Source: an uncultured Rickettsiales bacterium (lineage in GTDB: Bacteria > Myxococcota_A > UBA796 > UBA9615). Taken from it: a stretch of 64,000 nucleotides of DNA. The position numbers and the translations under genes are program-made. This document shows positions 17,557 through 27,286 of this stretch, in pieces. Position 1 is the first letter of the stretch. Every line of letters begins with the position of its first letter. The stretch covers positions 15,105 through 79,104 of the forward strand of contig CAYFOA010000005.1 of the NCBI GenBank assembly GCA_964344575.1, given 5' to 3'. Under the pieces are notes generated by a model. It was not told the origin of the DNA and did no database searches. It saw only the letters and a program-made list of their open reading frames with translations.

Positions 17557-19196
17557 CTCGAGCCGCCCGCCTTCCGGCGCTCCTCGTCGCGGACCTCGCG
17601 GCGGAGGAGCTTGCCCACCTTGCTGCGCGGGAGCATGTCCCGGAACTCGAACGCGTGGGGGACCTTGTAGGGGGCCAGTCTCTCTCTCGCGAACGCCTTC
17701 AGGGCGGCGCCGGAGACGCCGCGGGCGTCGTGGCGGAAGACGACAATCGCCTTGATCCGCTCGCCCGTCGCCTCGTCCGGGACGCCGACCACGCAGGCCG
17801 CGATCACCGCGGGGTGGTCCTGGAGGACCGCCTCGATCTCCGACGCCGAGACGCGGTAGCCCTTGTACTTGATGACGTCCGCGGTCCGCTCCACGAACCG
17901 GATCGACCCGTCCGGGCGGCGGATCACGAAGTCCCCCATCCGGTACCACGTGGACCCCTCGTGTTCGACGAACGCCGCCGCCGTCGCGGCCTCGTCGTTC
18001 GCGTACCGGCCGAGCGAGGGGGGGGACGCGACGAGCAGCTCGCCGACCTCCCCGTCGGGCACCGGATCCGTCGTCTCGGGGGCCACGACGAGCGTCCGGT
18101 AGGACTTCAGCGGCCACCCGATCGACCCCGCCTCGGGCTCGACGTCGAGCTTGCCGTAGGTCACGTGGCCCACCTCGGTGGAGCCGTAGACCGGCTGGAT
18201 CGTCGTCCCCGTCCGCGCCTTCCACCGCTCGGACGTCTCCACCGGGAGCGCGTCGCCGCCGCTGAAGCAGACCCGGAGCGAGGACAGGTCGTAGCGGTCG
18301 ACCCGGTCGCACTCCAGCAGCATCCGGTACATCGCCGGCACGCCGAGCATCCAGCGGACCCCATGGCGGCCGATCGCGGCCAGCGCGGCGTCGGGCTGGG
18401 GGACCGGCATCAGCACCGTCGGGTTGCCGCAGTTCAGGCCGACGGCGATGAAGAACCCGCGCGGCATGATGTGGAACAGCGGGGGGACCATCAGGAGCGG
18501 GTCCTTCCCCGGGCGGATGTGGCCGGCGAGCACGTCGTCGACGACGTCGCGGACGTACGCCACCTCGGAGGTGTGGTTCGCGGGGACCGCCTTGGGGAAC
18601 GCCGTCGTGCCGCCGGTGAACATCAGCTGGGCGAGGTCCCGGTCGGGGTCGACGGTGACGTCCGGCGGGTCCGGCGGCGCGCCCCTCAGCAGCGTCCCGA
18701 AGCCGTGGACGTGGTCGAAGCGGCCGACCGATCCGCGGGGGATCCGGTTCAGGAGGTGGCCGGCGGCGCGCTTCCACGCGGGGAGGAGCTCGGTCAGCGA
18801 CGTGACGACGATCCGCTTCAGGCCGGCCTCGCCGCCGGCGAAGACCTGCTGGACGTAGCCGAAGTTGGTGTCCAGGCAGATCGCCGTCTCGGCGCCGGCG
18901 TCGCGGATCATCGGGGCCAGCTCGTGGGCCGTGTAGATCGGCGAGACGGGGACGACGGCGGCGCCGAGGCGCTGCACGGCGAAGGACGCGATGACCTGTT
19001 GGGGCGAGTTCGGGAGGTAGACGAGGACGCGGTCGCCGGGGCCGACGCCGAGGCGGTGCAGCGCGGTCGCGAACCGGAGGACGGCCTCCTTCAGGGCGCC
19101 GAACGACGTGCGCGTGCCGAGGAAGATCAGGGCCGTCGCGTCGGGCTGCCGGTCGGCGACCTCGAACAAGCGGGTGTAGGTCAGCTCGCCGGACAC
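17553..19196 (-). CDS. AMP-dependent acyl-CoA synthetase/ligase
   Basis: AMP-binding motifs (FTGGTTAFPKAV, YGSTE, RMGD, KVGK) in a 547-aa protein. Confidence 0.85.
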   Translation of the reverse strand: MSGELTYTRLFEVADRQPDATALIFLGTRTSFGALKEAVLRFATALHRLGVGPGDRVLVYLPNSPQQVIASFAVQRLGAAVVPVSPIYTAHELAPMIRDAGAETAICLDTNFGYVQQVFAGGEAGLKRIVVTSLTELLPAWKRAAGHLLNRIPRGSVGRFDHVHGFGTLLRGAPPDPPDVTVDPDRDLAQLMFTGGTTAFPKAVPANHTSEVAYVRDVVDDVLAGHIRPGKDPLLMVPPLFHIMPRGFFIAVGLNCGNPTVLMPVPQPDAALAAIGRHGVRWMLGVPAMYRMLLECDRVDRYDLSSLRVCFSGGDALPVETSERWKARTGTTIQPVYGSTEVGHVTYGKLDVEPEAGSIGWPLKSYRTLVVAPETTDPVPDGEVGELLVASPPSLGRYANDEAATAAAFVEHEGSTWYRMGDFVIRRPDGSIRFVERTADVIKYKGYRVSASEIEAVLQDHPAVIAACVVGVPDEATGERIKAIVVFRHDARGVSGAALKAFARERLAPYKVPHAFEFRDMLPRSKVGKLLRREVRDEERRKAGGSS

Positions 19197-19203
19197 GCCG
19201 TCC

Positions 19204-19950
19204 TCAGGTCCCGAAGTACGCCGCGCGGACGTCGGGGTTGGCGAGGAGCTCGGCGCCGGTCCCCTCCAGCACGGGGGAGCCGTTCTCGAGGATGAGCGCC
19301 CGGTCGACGCAGGGGAGCAGCGCGCGGGCGTACTGCTCGGTGACGATCACCGAGATCCCGCGCTCCGTCCGGATGGCGGGGATCGCGTCGGCGACGACCC
19401 GCTGCAGCGCCGGCGCCAGCCCGAGGAGCGGCTCGTCCAGCAGCAGCAGCCGCGGCTGGGCCATCAGCGCGCGGCCGATCGCCGCCATCTGCTGCTCGCC
19501 GCCGGACAGGAAGCCCGCGCGGCGCTTGAGCAGGCCCCGCAGCGGGGGGAACAGGTCCAGCACGAAGTCGAGCGTGGCGCGCGCCTGGGCGGCGGTGGCG
19601 AGGTGGGCGCCGATCTTCAGGTTCTGCAGGACCGTGGACTCGGCGAACAGCCGCCGCCGCTCGGGGCACAGGACGATCCCCCGGCGGGCGCGGGCGCTCG
19701 CCTCCAGTCCCCCGATCGGCTCCCCCTCGAACGTCAGCGTCCCGAACGTCGCGATCCGCTCGCCCCCCCGCATCCGCTCCTTGCGGGCGAGGTCCACGAC
19801 GATGCCGGACAGCGCGTACATCAGCGTGGACTTGCCCGCCGCGTTGGCCCCGAAGACGCCGACCACCTCGCCGCCCTCGCAGCGCAGGGAGACGCGGTTC
19901 AGGGCCGCGAGGTTCTCGTAGTAGACGACCAGGTCGCGGGCCTCGATCAC
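19204..19950 (-). CDS. livF: Branched-chain-amino-acid-type ABC transporter ATP-binding protein (LivF-like)
   Basis: Walker A GANAAGKST, LSGGEQQ signature and Walker B LLLLDEP. The GTG start at 19950 overlaps livG's stop. Confidence 0.85.
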   Translation of the reverse strand: MIEARDLVVYYENLAALNRVSLRCEGGEVVGVFGANAAGKSTLMYALSGIVVDLARKERMRGGERIATFGTLTFEGEPIGGLEASARARRGIVLCPERRRLFAESTVLQNLKIGAHLATAAQARATLDFVLDLFPPLRGLLKRRAGFLSGGEQQMAAIGRALMAQPRLLLLDEPLLGLAPALQRVVADAIPAIRTERGISVIVTEQYARALLPCVDRALILENGSPVLEGTGAELLANPDVRAAYFGT

Positions 19951-20705
19951 GGCGCCGCCTCCTCGGGGCCGAGGTAGGCCGACCGGACCTCGGGGTGGTC
20001 GAGGACCCCCTCGGGGGGGCCGTCGGCGATGACGCGGCCGAACGACAGCGCCACCACCCGGTCCGCCACCGCGAACAGCTCCCGGAGCCGGTGCTCCACC
20101 ATCACCAGCGTCATCCCCCCGTCCCGGAGCCGCTCGATGAGGGGGACGAGCGTCGCGATCTCGCCCGGCGACAGCCCCGAGAACGCCTCGTCGCAGATCA
20201 TCAGGCGCGGCTGGAGCGCCAGCCCGCGCCCCAGCTCGAGGCGCTTGAGGTAGCCCGTCGGGAGCGTGCCCGCGCGCTGGCGGGGGACCCGGGAGCCGCG
20301 CTCGAACCCGAGCTCCTCGAGGAGGTCCAGCGCCCGCGTGTCCCGATCGCCGCGGCCCCCCAGGCGGCGCGCGCGGGGCGAGCAGAGCGGCACGACGAGG
20401 TTCCGCCAGGCGGGGAGGCCGGACCACGGGCGCATCACCTGGAAGGTCCGGGCGACGCCGAGGTCGGCCACGCGGTGCGGCTTCAGGCCGGTGATGTCGC
20501 GGCCGTCGAACCGGACGGTCCCGCCGGTGGGGCGGACGAAGCCGGTGATGCAGTTCACGAGCGTCGTCTTGCCCGAGCCGTTGGGGCCGATGATCCCGAC
20601 GATCTCGCCCGCCCGGACGGTCAGGTCGACCCCGTCGAGCGCGCGGACGCCCCCGAACCGGCGGGCGAGGCCGGCGACCTCCAGCAGGGGCGCGCCGCCG
20701 GTCAC
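19947..20705 (-). CDS. livG: ABC transporter ATP-binding protein (LivG-like)
   Basis: Walker A GPNGSGKTT and signature LSPGE. The GTG start overlaps livM's stop (GTGA). Confidence 0.85.
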   Translation of the reverse strand: MTGGAPLLEVAGLARRFGGVRALDGVDLTVRAGEIVGIIGPNGSGKTTLVNCITGFVRPTGGTVRFDGRDITGLKPHRVADLGVARTFQVMRPWSGLPAWRNLVVPLCSPRARRLGGRGDRDTRALDLLEELGFERGSRVPRQRAGTLPTGYLKRLELGRGLALQPRLMICDEAFSGLSPGEIATLVPLIERLRDGGMTLVMVEHRLRELFAVADRVVALSFGRVIADGPPEGVLDHPEVRSAYLGPEEAAP

Positions 20706-21721
20706 GCGTCCACCCGGCGCTCGAACTGGTGGTACTTGCGCGCCGCCCAGTTCAGGAGCCCCTCGGAGCGGAGCACCACGAACCCGGTCAGGAGCAGCGC
20801 GTAGAGCACGATGCGGAGGCTGCCGAAGTCGCGCAGGAGCTCGGACAGGGGGACGAGGATCAGCGCGCCCACGACCCCGCCCGCGAGCGTCCCCGTCCCC
20901 CCGATGACCGCCGCCGCGATCGGCATGATCGACAGGTCCAGGGCGAACGAGGAGATCCCCGCCCCCTGGTACAAGTGGGTGTACCAGGCGCCCGCGAAGC
21001 AGGCGGGCAGCGCGGCGAGGAAGACGGCCCGGGTGCGGACGGCGGTGACGTCGATGCCGGCCGCCCGGACCGCCTGGTCGTCCTCCCCGGTCGCCCGGAT
21101 GACCAGCCCGACGTCCTCGTCGGCGAGCCGCCGCAGCCCGAACAGGAACAGGAGCGTGGCGCCGACGAGCCCGTACGCCTCGACCCATTCCGAGCCGAAC
21201 CCGGCCACCCCCCCCAACCCCACCGTCCCCCCGAGGACGTCCCCCGCCTCGATGATCCGGGCCATCAGCAGCGGGTACATCAGCGTGACGATCGCGAAGT
21301 AGATGCCCCGGAGCGGCAGGCAGGGGCGGATCAGGAGGGTGCAGAACGCCGCTCCGACGACCGTCGCGAGGGGGATGGAGAGGGCGGTGGGGAGGCCCCA
21401 CGTCGCGCTCGCCACGGCCGCCCCGTACGCGCCCACGCCGTAGAAGAAGGCGCCGCCGAGGCAGACGAGGCCGGCGAAGCTCGCGAGGAAGTCGAAGGAG
21501 ATCGCGAGCAGCGCCATGACGCAGACCGACAGCGCCACGCGGCCCCAGTAGGGGTACGGGATCAGGAGCACGGGGAGGAGGAGCAGGCCGCCGATCAGGA
21601 GCGCGCGGGGGGCCGCGAGGTAGGCGAGCTCGCGGACCGACGACAGGGCGTACACCGACTCGGCGCGGACCCGGATCCCGCGGTCCAGGCGCTCGATCCG
21701 GCGGTCGGGGGAGGGCTCCAC
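20702..21721 (-). CDS. livM: ABC transporter permease (LivM-like)
   Basis: Polytopic permease of the Liv family, 339 aa. Confidence 0.85.
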   Translation of the reverse strand: MEPSPDRRIERLDRGIRVRAESVYALSSVRELAYLAAPRALLIGGLLLLPVLLIPYPYWGRVALSVCVMALLAISFDFLASFAGLVCLGGAFFYGVGAYGAAVASATWGLPTALSIPLATVVGAAFCTLLIRPCLPLRGIYFAIVTLMYPLLMARIIEAGDVLGGTVGLGGVAGFGSEWVEAYGLVGATLLFLFGLRRLADEDVGLVIRATGEDDQAVRAAGIDVTAVRTRAVFLAALPACFAGAWYTHLYQGAGISSFALDLSIMPIAAAVIGGTGTLAGGVVGALILVPLSELLRDFGSLRIVLYALLLTGFVVLRSEGLLNWAARKYHQFERRVDA

Positions 21722-21722
21722 G

Positions 21723-22589
21723 TCAGACCCGCTCGGCCAGCTGCTTGTGGACCCCGAACAGCCCCGAGGGGCGGACGATCAGCGTCCCGATGATCGCGAG
21801 CAGCATGACGACCATCTGGTAGTGGGGCTTGCCGTAGGCGACGGTCAGCGACTGCGCGAAGCCGAGGAGGAGCGCCGCCGCGATGGTCCCCGGCCAGCTC
21901 CCCAGCCCGCCGACGACGCACACCGCGATCGCGTAGATGAGGACCTTGTAGCCCTCCTCCACGACGACGTTGCCCAACGGCAGGAGCACGATCGCGCCGA
22001 GCCCCGCCAGCGCCGAGCCGAGGGCGACGGCGAGCGTGGCGGTCCGGTCGCTGTCGATGCCGAGCATCATCGCCGCCTGCTCGTCCTGGGCGACCGCCCG
22101 CATCGCCCGGCCCGGCCGCGTCCAGCTGGTGAACGCCCACACCGCGGCGGTCATGGCGATCCCGACGAGGACGACCGCGACGCGCTGGTGGTCGACGGGC
22201 ACGCCGAAGACGTCGACGGTCCCCTTCGAGAGCACCGGCAGCGTCTGCGTCGTGCCCCTCAGCCCGAAGAACCGCATCCCCTCGAGCAGCGCCAGGCCGA
22301 TCGCGTAGGTCGCGATCATCTCGGACATCTCCATGCCCCGGATGCGCCGCAGGACGACGACGTAGAGCAGCACCCCGAGGAGCGCGGCGGCGGCCAGCGC
22401 CCCGGCCACGGCGACGCCGAAGGGGAGGCCGAGCTCGCGGGTCAGCCCCCACGCGACCCACCCGGTGAAGACGTAGATCGCGCCGTGGGCGAAGTTCGGC
22501 AGCCGGCCGACCCCGTAGACCAGGGAGAAGCCGTACGCCATGAGGATCAGCGCGAAGCTCTGGATGGTCCCGTAGACGACGATGTCCAA
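21723..22589 (-). CDS. livH: ABC transporter permease (LivH-like)
   Basis: Polytopic permease, 288 aa, adjacent to livM. Confidence 0.85.
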   Translation of the reverse strand: MDIVVYGTIQSFALILMAYGFSLVYGVGRLPNFAHGAIYVFTGWVAWGLTRELGLPFGVAVAGALAAAALLGVLLYVVVLRRIRGMEMSEMIATYAIGLALLEGMRFFGLRGTTQTLPVLSKGTVDVFGVPVDHQRVAVVLVGIAMTAAVWAFTSWTRPGRAMRAVAQDEQAAMMLGIDSDRTATLAVALGSALAGLGAIVLLPLGNVVVEEGYKVLIYAIAVCVVGGLGSWPGTIAAALLLGFAQSLTVAYGKPHYQMVVMLLAIIGTLIVRPSGLFGVHKQLAERV

Positions 22590-22596
22590 CGGGGGG

Positions 22597-23892
22597 CTAC
22601 TCCTCCATCCAGGGGGGCAGCTTCAGCGTGCCCACGGCCGCGGCGGGGGGCCAGACGGTGACGCGCTCGCCGTCCTGCCACTGGAACACGCTCCCCACGA
22701 CGCCCTCGTTCGGGTCCGTCGACGCGATCACCTGGTGCGTCTTCGGGTCGAAGCGGACGCGCCCGTAGACCCCCATCAGGTCGATCGCCTCCAGCGCCGT
22801 CACCACCGCCTCGGCGTCCGTCGTCCCCGCCCGCTCGACGGCGTCCTTCAGCGAGTAGACCGCCATGTAGCTGCTCGACGCGCCGTACCCCTCCGGGGGG
22901 AGGCCCCAGCGCTGCTCGTAGGCGGCGACGAAGCGGGGGGTCCACTCCGTCAGGTTCGAGGCGGCGTTGCCGGCGTTGATGAGGTCGACGACGGTGTACT
23001 CGGCGCTGCCGTCGCTGGCGTCCCAGAAGCCCGGCTGCTCGGCGGCGGACATGAAGCCGACGGGGAGGCTGGCGAGCCGAAGCGACTTCCACTGCCGGAG
23101 CAGGTTCGACGTCTCCGGCATGTCCATCCAGATGAAGATGATCTGCGCCTTCGCCCGCCCCGACGCGAGCAGCCCGGGGGCGAAGTCGGTCGTCCCGGTG
23201 GGGTAGATCTCGTGGCCGACGACCTCGAAGCCGCCGTCCTTCAGCAGCCCCTCGACGAACTCCCCCGCCCGCCGCGCGTGGGCGACGTCCTGCACCATGA
23301 TGGCGACCCGCGACAGCCCGTGGTCCGTCCGGAGCCCGCCCAGCACGGTCATCAGGTCCTTGCCCAGCGTGATGACCTCGCTGGTGTTCCGGAAGCAGTA
23401 CTTGTAGGCGTCGTAGTTCTCCGCGACGGCCTTGTGGTAGGCGGGGGACAGCACGCCCGTGGTGATGATCGAGACGCGCTGGTGGCGGCTGAGCAGGTCC
23501 ATCACCGCCATCGCCGCCTCGGAGCGGACGGGGCCGCCGACGAGGAAGTCGACGCGCTTCTGGAGGATCAGCTTCTCGACCGCCTTGATCGCGTCGTCGA
23601 GGGGGACGCCGGGCTCGAGGTCGCGGGTGTCGATGACCTCGTAGGCGAGCTTGCGCTCGACGCCGCCCACGTCGACGCCGCCGGCCGCGTTGATCTCCTC
23701 GACGGCGAGCACGATCCCGCGCTCGGCGGCCCAGCCGTACAGGTAGGCGCGGGAGACGGGGACGCCGATGAGGATGGGATCGGGCTCCGCGGGGGCGGCC
23801 GCCGTGGAGGCCTCGTCGTCGGAGCCGCAGCCGAACCCCGCCGGGAGCGTCAGGGCGAGGGCGAGGAGGAGGGCGGGGAGGGCGCGGTGCAT
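22597..23892 (-). CDS. Periplasmic substrate-binding lipoprotein of the Liv-type ABC transporter
   Basis: Signal with lipobox (LTLPAGFGCGS) and a type-I periplasmic binding fold (Leu/Ile/Val-binding family). Confidence 0.85.
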   Translation of the reverse strand: MHRALPALLLALALTLPAGFGCGSDDEASTAAAPAEPDPILIGVPVSRAYLYGWAAERGIVLAVEEINAAGGVDVGGVERKLAYEVIDTRDLEPGVPLDDAIKAVEKLILQKRVDFLVGGPVRSEAAMAVMDLLSRHQRVSIITTGVLSPAYHKAVAENYDAYKYCFRNTSEVITLGKDLMTVLGGLRTDHGLSRVAIMVQDVAHARRAGEFVEGLLKDGGFEVVGHEIYPTGTTDFAPGLLASGRAKAQIIFIWMDMPETSNLLRQWKSLRLASLPVGFMSAAEQPGFWDASDGSAEYTVVDLINAGNAASNLTEWTPRFVAAYEQRWGLPPEGYGASSSYMAVYSLKDAVERAGTTDAEAVVTALEAIDLMGVYGRVRFDPKTHQVIASTDPNEGVVGSVFQWQDGERVTVWPPAAAVGTLKLPPWMEE

Positions 23893-23949
23893 CGGCGGGA
23901 GGCCGGAGACTAGGACGGGCCGGCCCCCTTCCGCAAAGCGGGGCGGGGG

Positions 23950-26292
23950 TCAGGGCGCCTCGGCGACGCCGCTGCCTTCGACGACGCGGAGGCGCTGGTT
24001 GGGGACGACGCCCTCGATCGTCTCCGTCGCCCCCCCGACCCAGCGGACGGTGACGCTGTCGACGGCGTCGAGATCCGCGAGCCCGAAGTGGACGACGCGG
24101 GAGGACTGGGCGTTGACGTGGGCCCCGGGGCCGCGGACGTCGCGCATCTGGGTGTCCCCGCCGGCGGTCAGGGTGACGCGGGCCCCGAGGGCGTCGCGGT
24201 TGCTCGTCGTCCCCTCCAGCTCCAGCTGCACCCAGCTCCGGTCCTGGCCGACGGTGTTCTCGAAGACGGCGTCCTCGATGACGATGTCGAGGTCGCCGTC
24301 GGTGTCGAAGTCCGCCCACACGAGGCTGACCGTGTCGTGCCGCTGCAGGCCCGCCTCGTGGGTGACGTCGAGGAACGTGCCGTCGTCGTTTCGGTAGAGG
24401 CGGCTGTAGTGGTTCGGGTAGATGGACGCGATCGCGAGGTCGAGGTCCATGTCGTGGTCGAAGTCGGCGAACGTCGCGTTGAAGTCCCCCTCGTCGTAGA
24501 GGAAGCCGCGCTGCTCGGTCTCCGGGTAGAAGCGGTAGTCGGGCGGGCCCTGGTTGACGAGGAACTGGCTCGGGTCGGACCACGGGTGCTCGCGGGGGTG
24601 GGCGAGGTTGGCGACGTACAGGTCCATGTCGCCGTCGTTGTCGAAGTCGCCGAAGTCGCCGCCGTAGCTGTGCCCGCCGGTCAGCAGGGGGTGGCCGGAC
24701 TCGATGCCGTCGAAGGCCGCGTTCACGTCCTCGGCGACGTCGACGAAGGTGCCGTCGCCCTGGTTGGCCCAGAGCTGGTTCGGGTAGAGGTGGTAGTTGC
24801 TGACGTAGATGTCCTGGTGGCCGTCGTTGTTCCAGTCGTTCCAGAGCACGCCGTACACCGAATACGGGTAGGTCAGCTCGAGCCCGGCGGCCTCGAACGC
24901 GTCGGTGAAGGTGCCGTCGCCGTTGCCTTCGAAGTAGCGGTCGGGGTGGGCGGGGTGGTCGGGGTAGGTGATCAGCCAGTTGCCCCAGTAGACGTCGAGC
25001 GCGCCGTCGCCGTTCGCGTCGCCGAAGCCGGCGCCGGTGGACTGGTCCCAGACCTCGACGCCCGAGCCTTCCAGCTCGGTGAAGTACCCCGCGCCGTCGT
25101 TGAGGAGGACGTGGTTGGTGGTGGCCTCGTCGGTGGTGCCGTCGCAGTCGTTGTCGAGGTTGTCGCCGACTTCGAGCGCGTCGGGGTGGACGACGTCGAG
25201 CGTGTCGTCGCAGTCGCCCTCGGACAGCGCGACGCCGTCCCCGTCGGCGTCCTGGTCGTCGAGGCCGTCGTCGGCGACGCCGTCGCAGTCGTCGTCCCGC
25301 CCGTTGCCGGCGACCTCCTCGGCGTCGGGGTGGATGGCGGCGTCGCCGTCGTGGCAGTCGACGGACTTGTCGAAGCCGTCGCCGTCGTCGTCGGGACCTG
25401 CCCACGTGGTGGTGAAGGCGTCGGCGTCGCCGTCGTTGTCGAGGTCGGCGAAGAAGGTGGTGCCCGCGACGACGTCCTCGGGGAAGCGGCCGTCGGTGGA
25501 CTCCGTGAAGCCGCCGGCGCCGTCGCCGAGGTAGACGGTGGGGCCGCCGGACAGGACGAGGTCCTCGTGGCCGTCGCCGTCGACGTCTGTCACGTGGGGG
25601 GCCGAGCCCGTGCCGAACGGCCCGGCGAGCGGCTGGAACCAGCGGTCGGCGTCGGACCACGCGCAGAAGAAGCGGCCGCGGAGCTTCATCCGGAAGTTGG
25701 CGTCGGTGGACCAGGGGAAGAACTCGCCGGGGACGAGCATGAGCGCCTGGGAGGAGCCGTCGGGTCCGAGGGTCTCCTTGACGACGCCGGGGCCGCCTTC
25801 GAGGCGCTCGCTGACCACGTGGTAGTGCTGCGTGGGGAGGAGGAAGACGTCGTGCTCGCGGACGTCGAAGTTGACGTACGTCTCGGGGTCGACGACGTCC
25901 AGCGTGCCCTCGATGGGGGGGACGAGGTCGGCGTCGGGGTTGTCGACGTCGGGGTAGGAGCGGCCGAGGCTGGTGGTGAGGCGGACGCGGTAGGGGCCGG
26001 CGGGGCCGGCGAAGCGGACGCGGATCTCCTCGACGTGGAACGGCTGCGGGGGGATGACCTTCTGGCTGTGGACGGTGCCGGCGGGGAGGTCGAACCAGCC
26101 GTAGTAGTTGCCCTGGAGGTCGGGGACCTGGGCGTCCTCGACGGTCTCCTCCCAGGGGACGTCGCAGAAGCGGTCGAAGTCGGCGGTCGGGCCGAGGGCG
26201 GGGGCGGGGGTCGGCTCGGGCTCGGGCTCGGCGGACGGGCAGCCGGCGAGGAGCGCGGCGAGGGCGGCGGCGGCAGCGACGCGGCGCACGTC
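23950..26292 (-). CDS. ASPIC/UnbV plus FG-GAP lipoprotein with MopE-like Cys-Asp metal-binding motifs
   Basis: Lipoprotein signal VRRVAAAAALAALLAGC. MopE-like motifs such as CHDGDAAIHPDAEEVAGNGRDDDCDG, FG-GAP repeats and a UnbV_ASPIC C-terminus. The start is hand-chosen within a longer GC-shadow ORF. Confidence 0.7.
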   Translation of the reverse strand, partial: DVRRVAAAAALAALLAGCPSAEPEPEPTPAPALGPTADFDRFCDVPWEETVEDAQVPDLQGNYYGWFDLPAGTVHSQKVIPPQPFHVEEIRVRFAGPAGPYRVRLTTSLGRSYPDVDNPDADLVPPIEGTLDVVDPETYVNFDVREHDVFLLPTQHYHVVSERLEGGPGVVKETLGPDGSSQALMLVPGEFFPWSTDANFRMKLRGRFFCAWSDADRWFQPLAGPFGTGSAPHVTDVDGDGHEDLVLSGGPTVYLGDGAGGFTESTDGRFPEDVVAGTTFFADLDNDGDADAFTTTWAGPDDDGDGFDKSVDCHDGDAAIHPDAEEVAGNGRDDDCDGVADDGLDDQDADGDGVALSEGDCDDTLDVVHPDALEVGDNLDNDCDGTTDEATTNHVLLNDGAGYFTELEGSGVEVWDQSTGAGFGDANGDGALDVYWGNWLITYPDHPAHPDRYFEGNGDGTFTDAFEAAGLELTYPYSVYGVLWNDWNNDGHQDIYVSNYHLYPNQLWANQGDGTFVDVAEDVNAAFDGIESGHPLLTGGHSYGGDFGDFDNDGDMDLYVANLAHPREHPWSDPSQFLVNQGPPDYRFYPETEQRGFLYDEGDFNATFADFDHDMDLDLAIASIYPNHYSRLYRNDDGTFLDVTHEAGLQRHDTVSLVWADFDTDGDLDIVIEDAVFENTVGQDRSWVQLELEGTTSNRDALGARVTLTAGGDTQMRDVRGPGAHVNAQSSRVVHFGLADLDAVDSVTVRWVGGATETIEGVVPNQRLRVVEGSGVAEAP

Positions 26293-26294
26293 CC

Positions 26295-27206
26295 TCACCG
26301 CACCCGGAAGACGTCGGCGTTGTACCCCCAGGCGACGCCCCCGCCGGTGAACACGGCGGCCTGGACGGAGACGGGGAGGACGTGGGTCGCGGGGACGCCG
26401 CCCATCTCGAAGGGGTCCTCGCCGACGTCGCCCATCGTGGCGCTGGAGTCGGGGTCGGACGCCCAGAGGTAGTGGGCGCTGACGGAGCCGTCGGCGGGCC
26501 AGTCGCCGGGCTGGCCGCCGCAGTCGCCCCCGCGGCCGGGGGTGAGGAGGAACCAGTCGCCGCCGGAGCCTTCGACGTAGACCTCGAGGCCGCTGCCGCC
26601 GCCGTCCTGCCAGTCGCCCCCGTCGTCGTCGCCGGCGACGGCGACCATGCGGGCGCCGGGGTGGAGCTCGCCGAGGACGGGTCGGAGGGCCTCGATCTGC
26701 GACGGCAGGTAGGGCTCGCCGGAGTCGGGGTGGGCGTAGCCGACGTCGAAGGCGACGAGGGCGCTCGCCTCGAGCACGACGTCCTCGACGACGTCGTCTT
26801 CGTGGCCGATGTGGACGAAGTTGAAGGCGGCGTCGTCGGCGCACTTGAGCCAGGGGTTGTCCTCGGCGCGGGAGACGACGAGGACGCCGTCGGCGTCGTC
26901 CAGGGCGAGCCGGATCCAGCCGCCGCCGTCGTCGGTCATGTCGCAGGCGACGACGAAGGCGGGCTCGGTGGGGTTGCCGCCGTCGACCCAGTAGTCGCCG
27001 TCGTCCAGGTCCGGCGCGAGGACGAGGAGGTCGGCGCAGGAGGGGACGGCGCACTCGGCGTCGAGCCCGTGCCGGTCGGTGCAGTCGGGCCCCGGATCGG
27101 GCGTCGGCTCGGGGGTCGCGGTGTCGTCGTCGTCGTCCAGCGGACCGCCGGTGGGGCAGGCGGTCAGGAGGAGGAGGAGGGCGAGGCCGGGGATCGGGGG
27201 ACGCAT
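26295..27206 (-). CDS. Lipoprotein with a fibrinogen-related domain (FReD/FBG-like)
   Basis: Signal MRPPIPGLALLLLLTAC, then DCTDRHGLDAECAVPSCADLL...DGDYWVDGG...PAFVVACDMTDDGGGWIRL, matching the FBG-domain hallmark (xCDMxTDGGGWT). Confidence 0.6.
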   Translation of the reverse strand: MRPPIPGLALLLLLTACPTGGPLDDDDDTATPEPTPDPGPDCTDRHGLDAECAVPSCADLLVLAPDLDDGDYWVDGGNPTEPAFVVACDMTDDGGGWIRLALDDADGVLVVSRAEDNPWLKCADDAAFNFVHIGHEDDVVEDVVLEASALVAFDVGYAHPDSGEPYLPSQIEALRPVLGELHPGARMVAVAGDDDGGDWQDGGGSGLEVYVEGSGGDWFLLTPGRGGDCGGQPGDWPADGSVSAHYLWASDPDSSATMGDVGEDPFEMGGVPATHVLPVSVQAAVFTGGGVAWGYNADVFRVR

Positions 27207-27286
27207 CGCGTCCGGGCAGGTTACGTCATGGCGCGACGAAGCCGGGGGGCACCGTCGGCGGGGCTGAGTCCGGCTCGCGGTCGCCC

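Noticed and set aside
23893-23949. GC-rich intergenic segment between the SBP gene start and the upstream FG-GAP gene stop, a possible terminator hairpin
   Set aside because: Only imperfect complementarity (ccggccccc / ggggcgggg) and no U-tract. It cannot be called a rho-independent terminator in this GC context.
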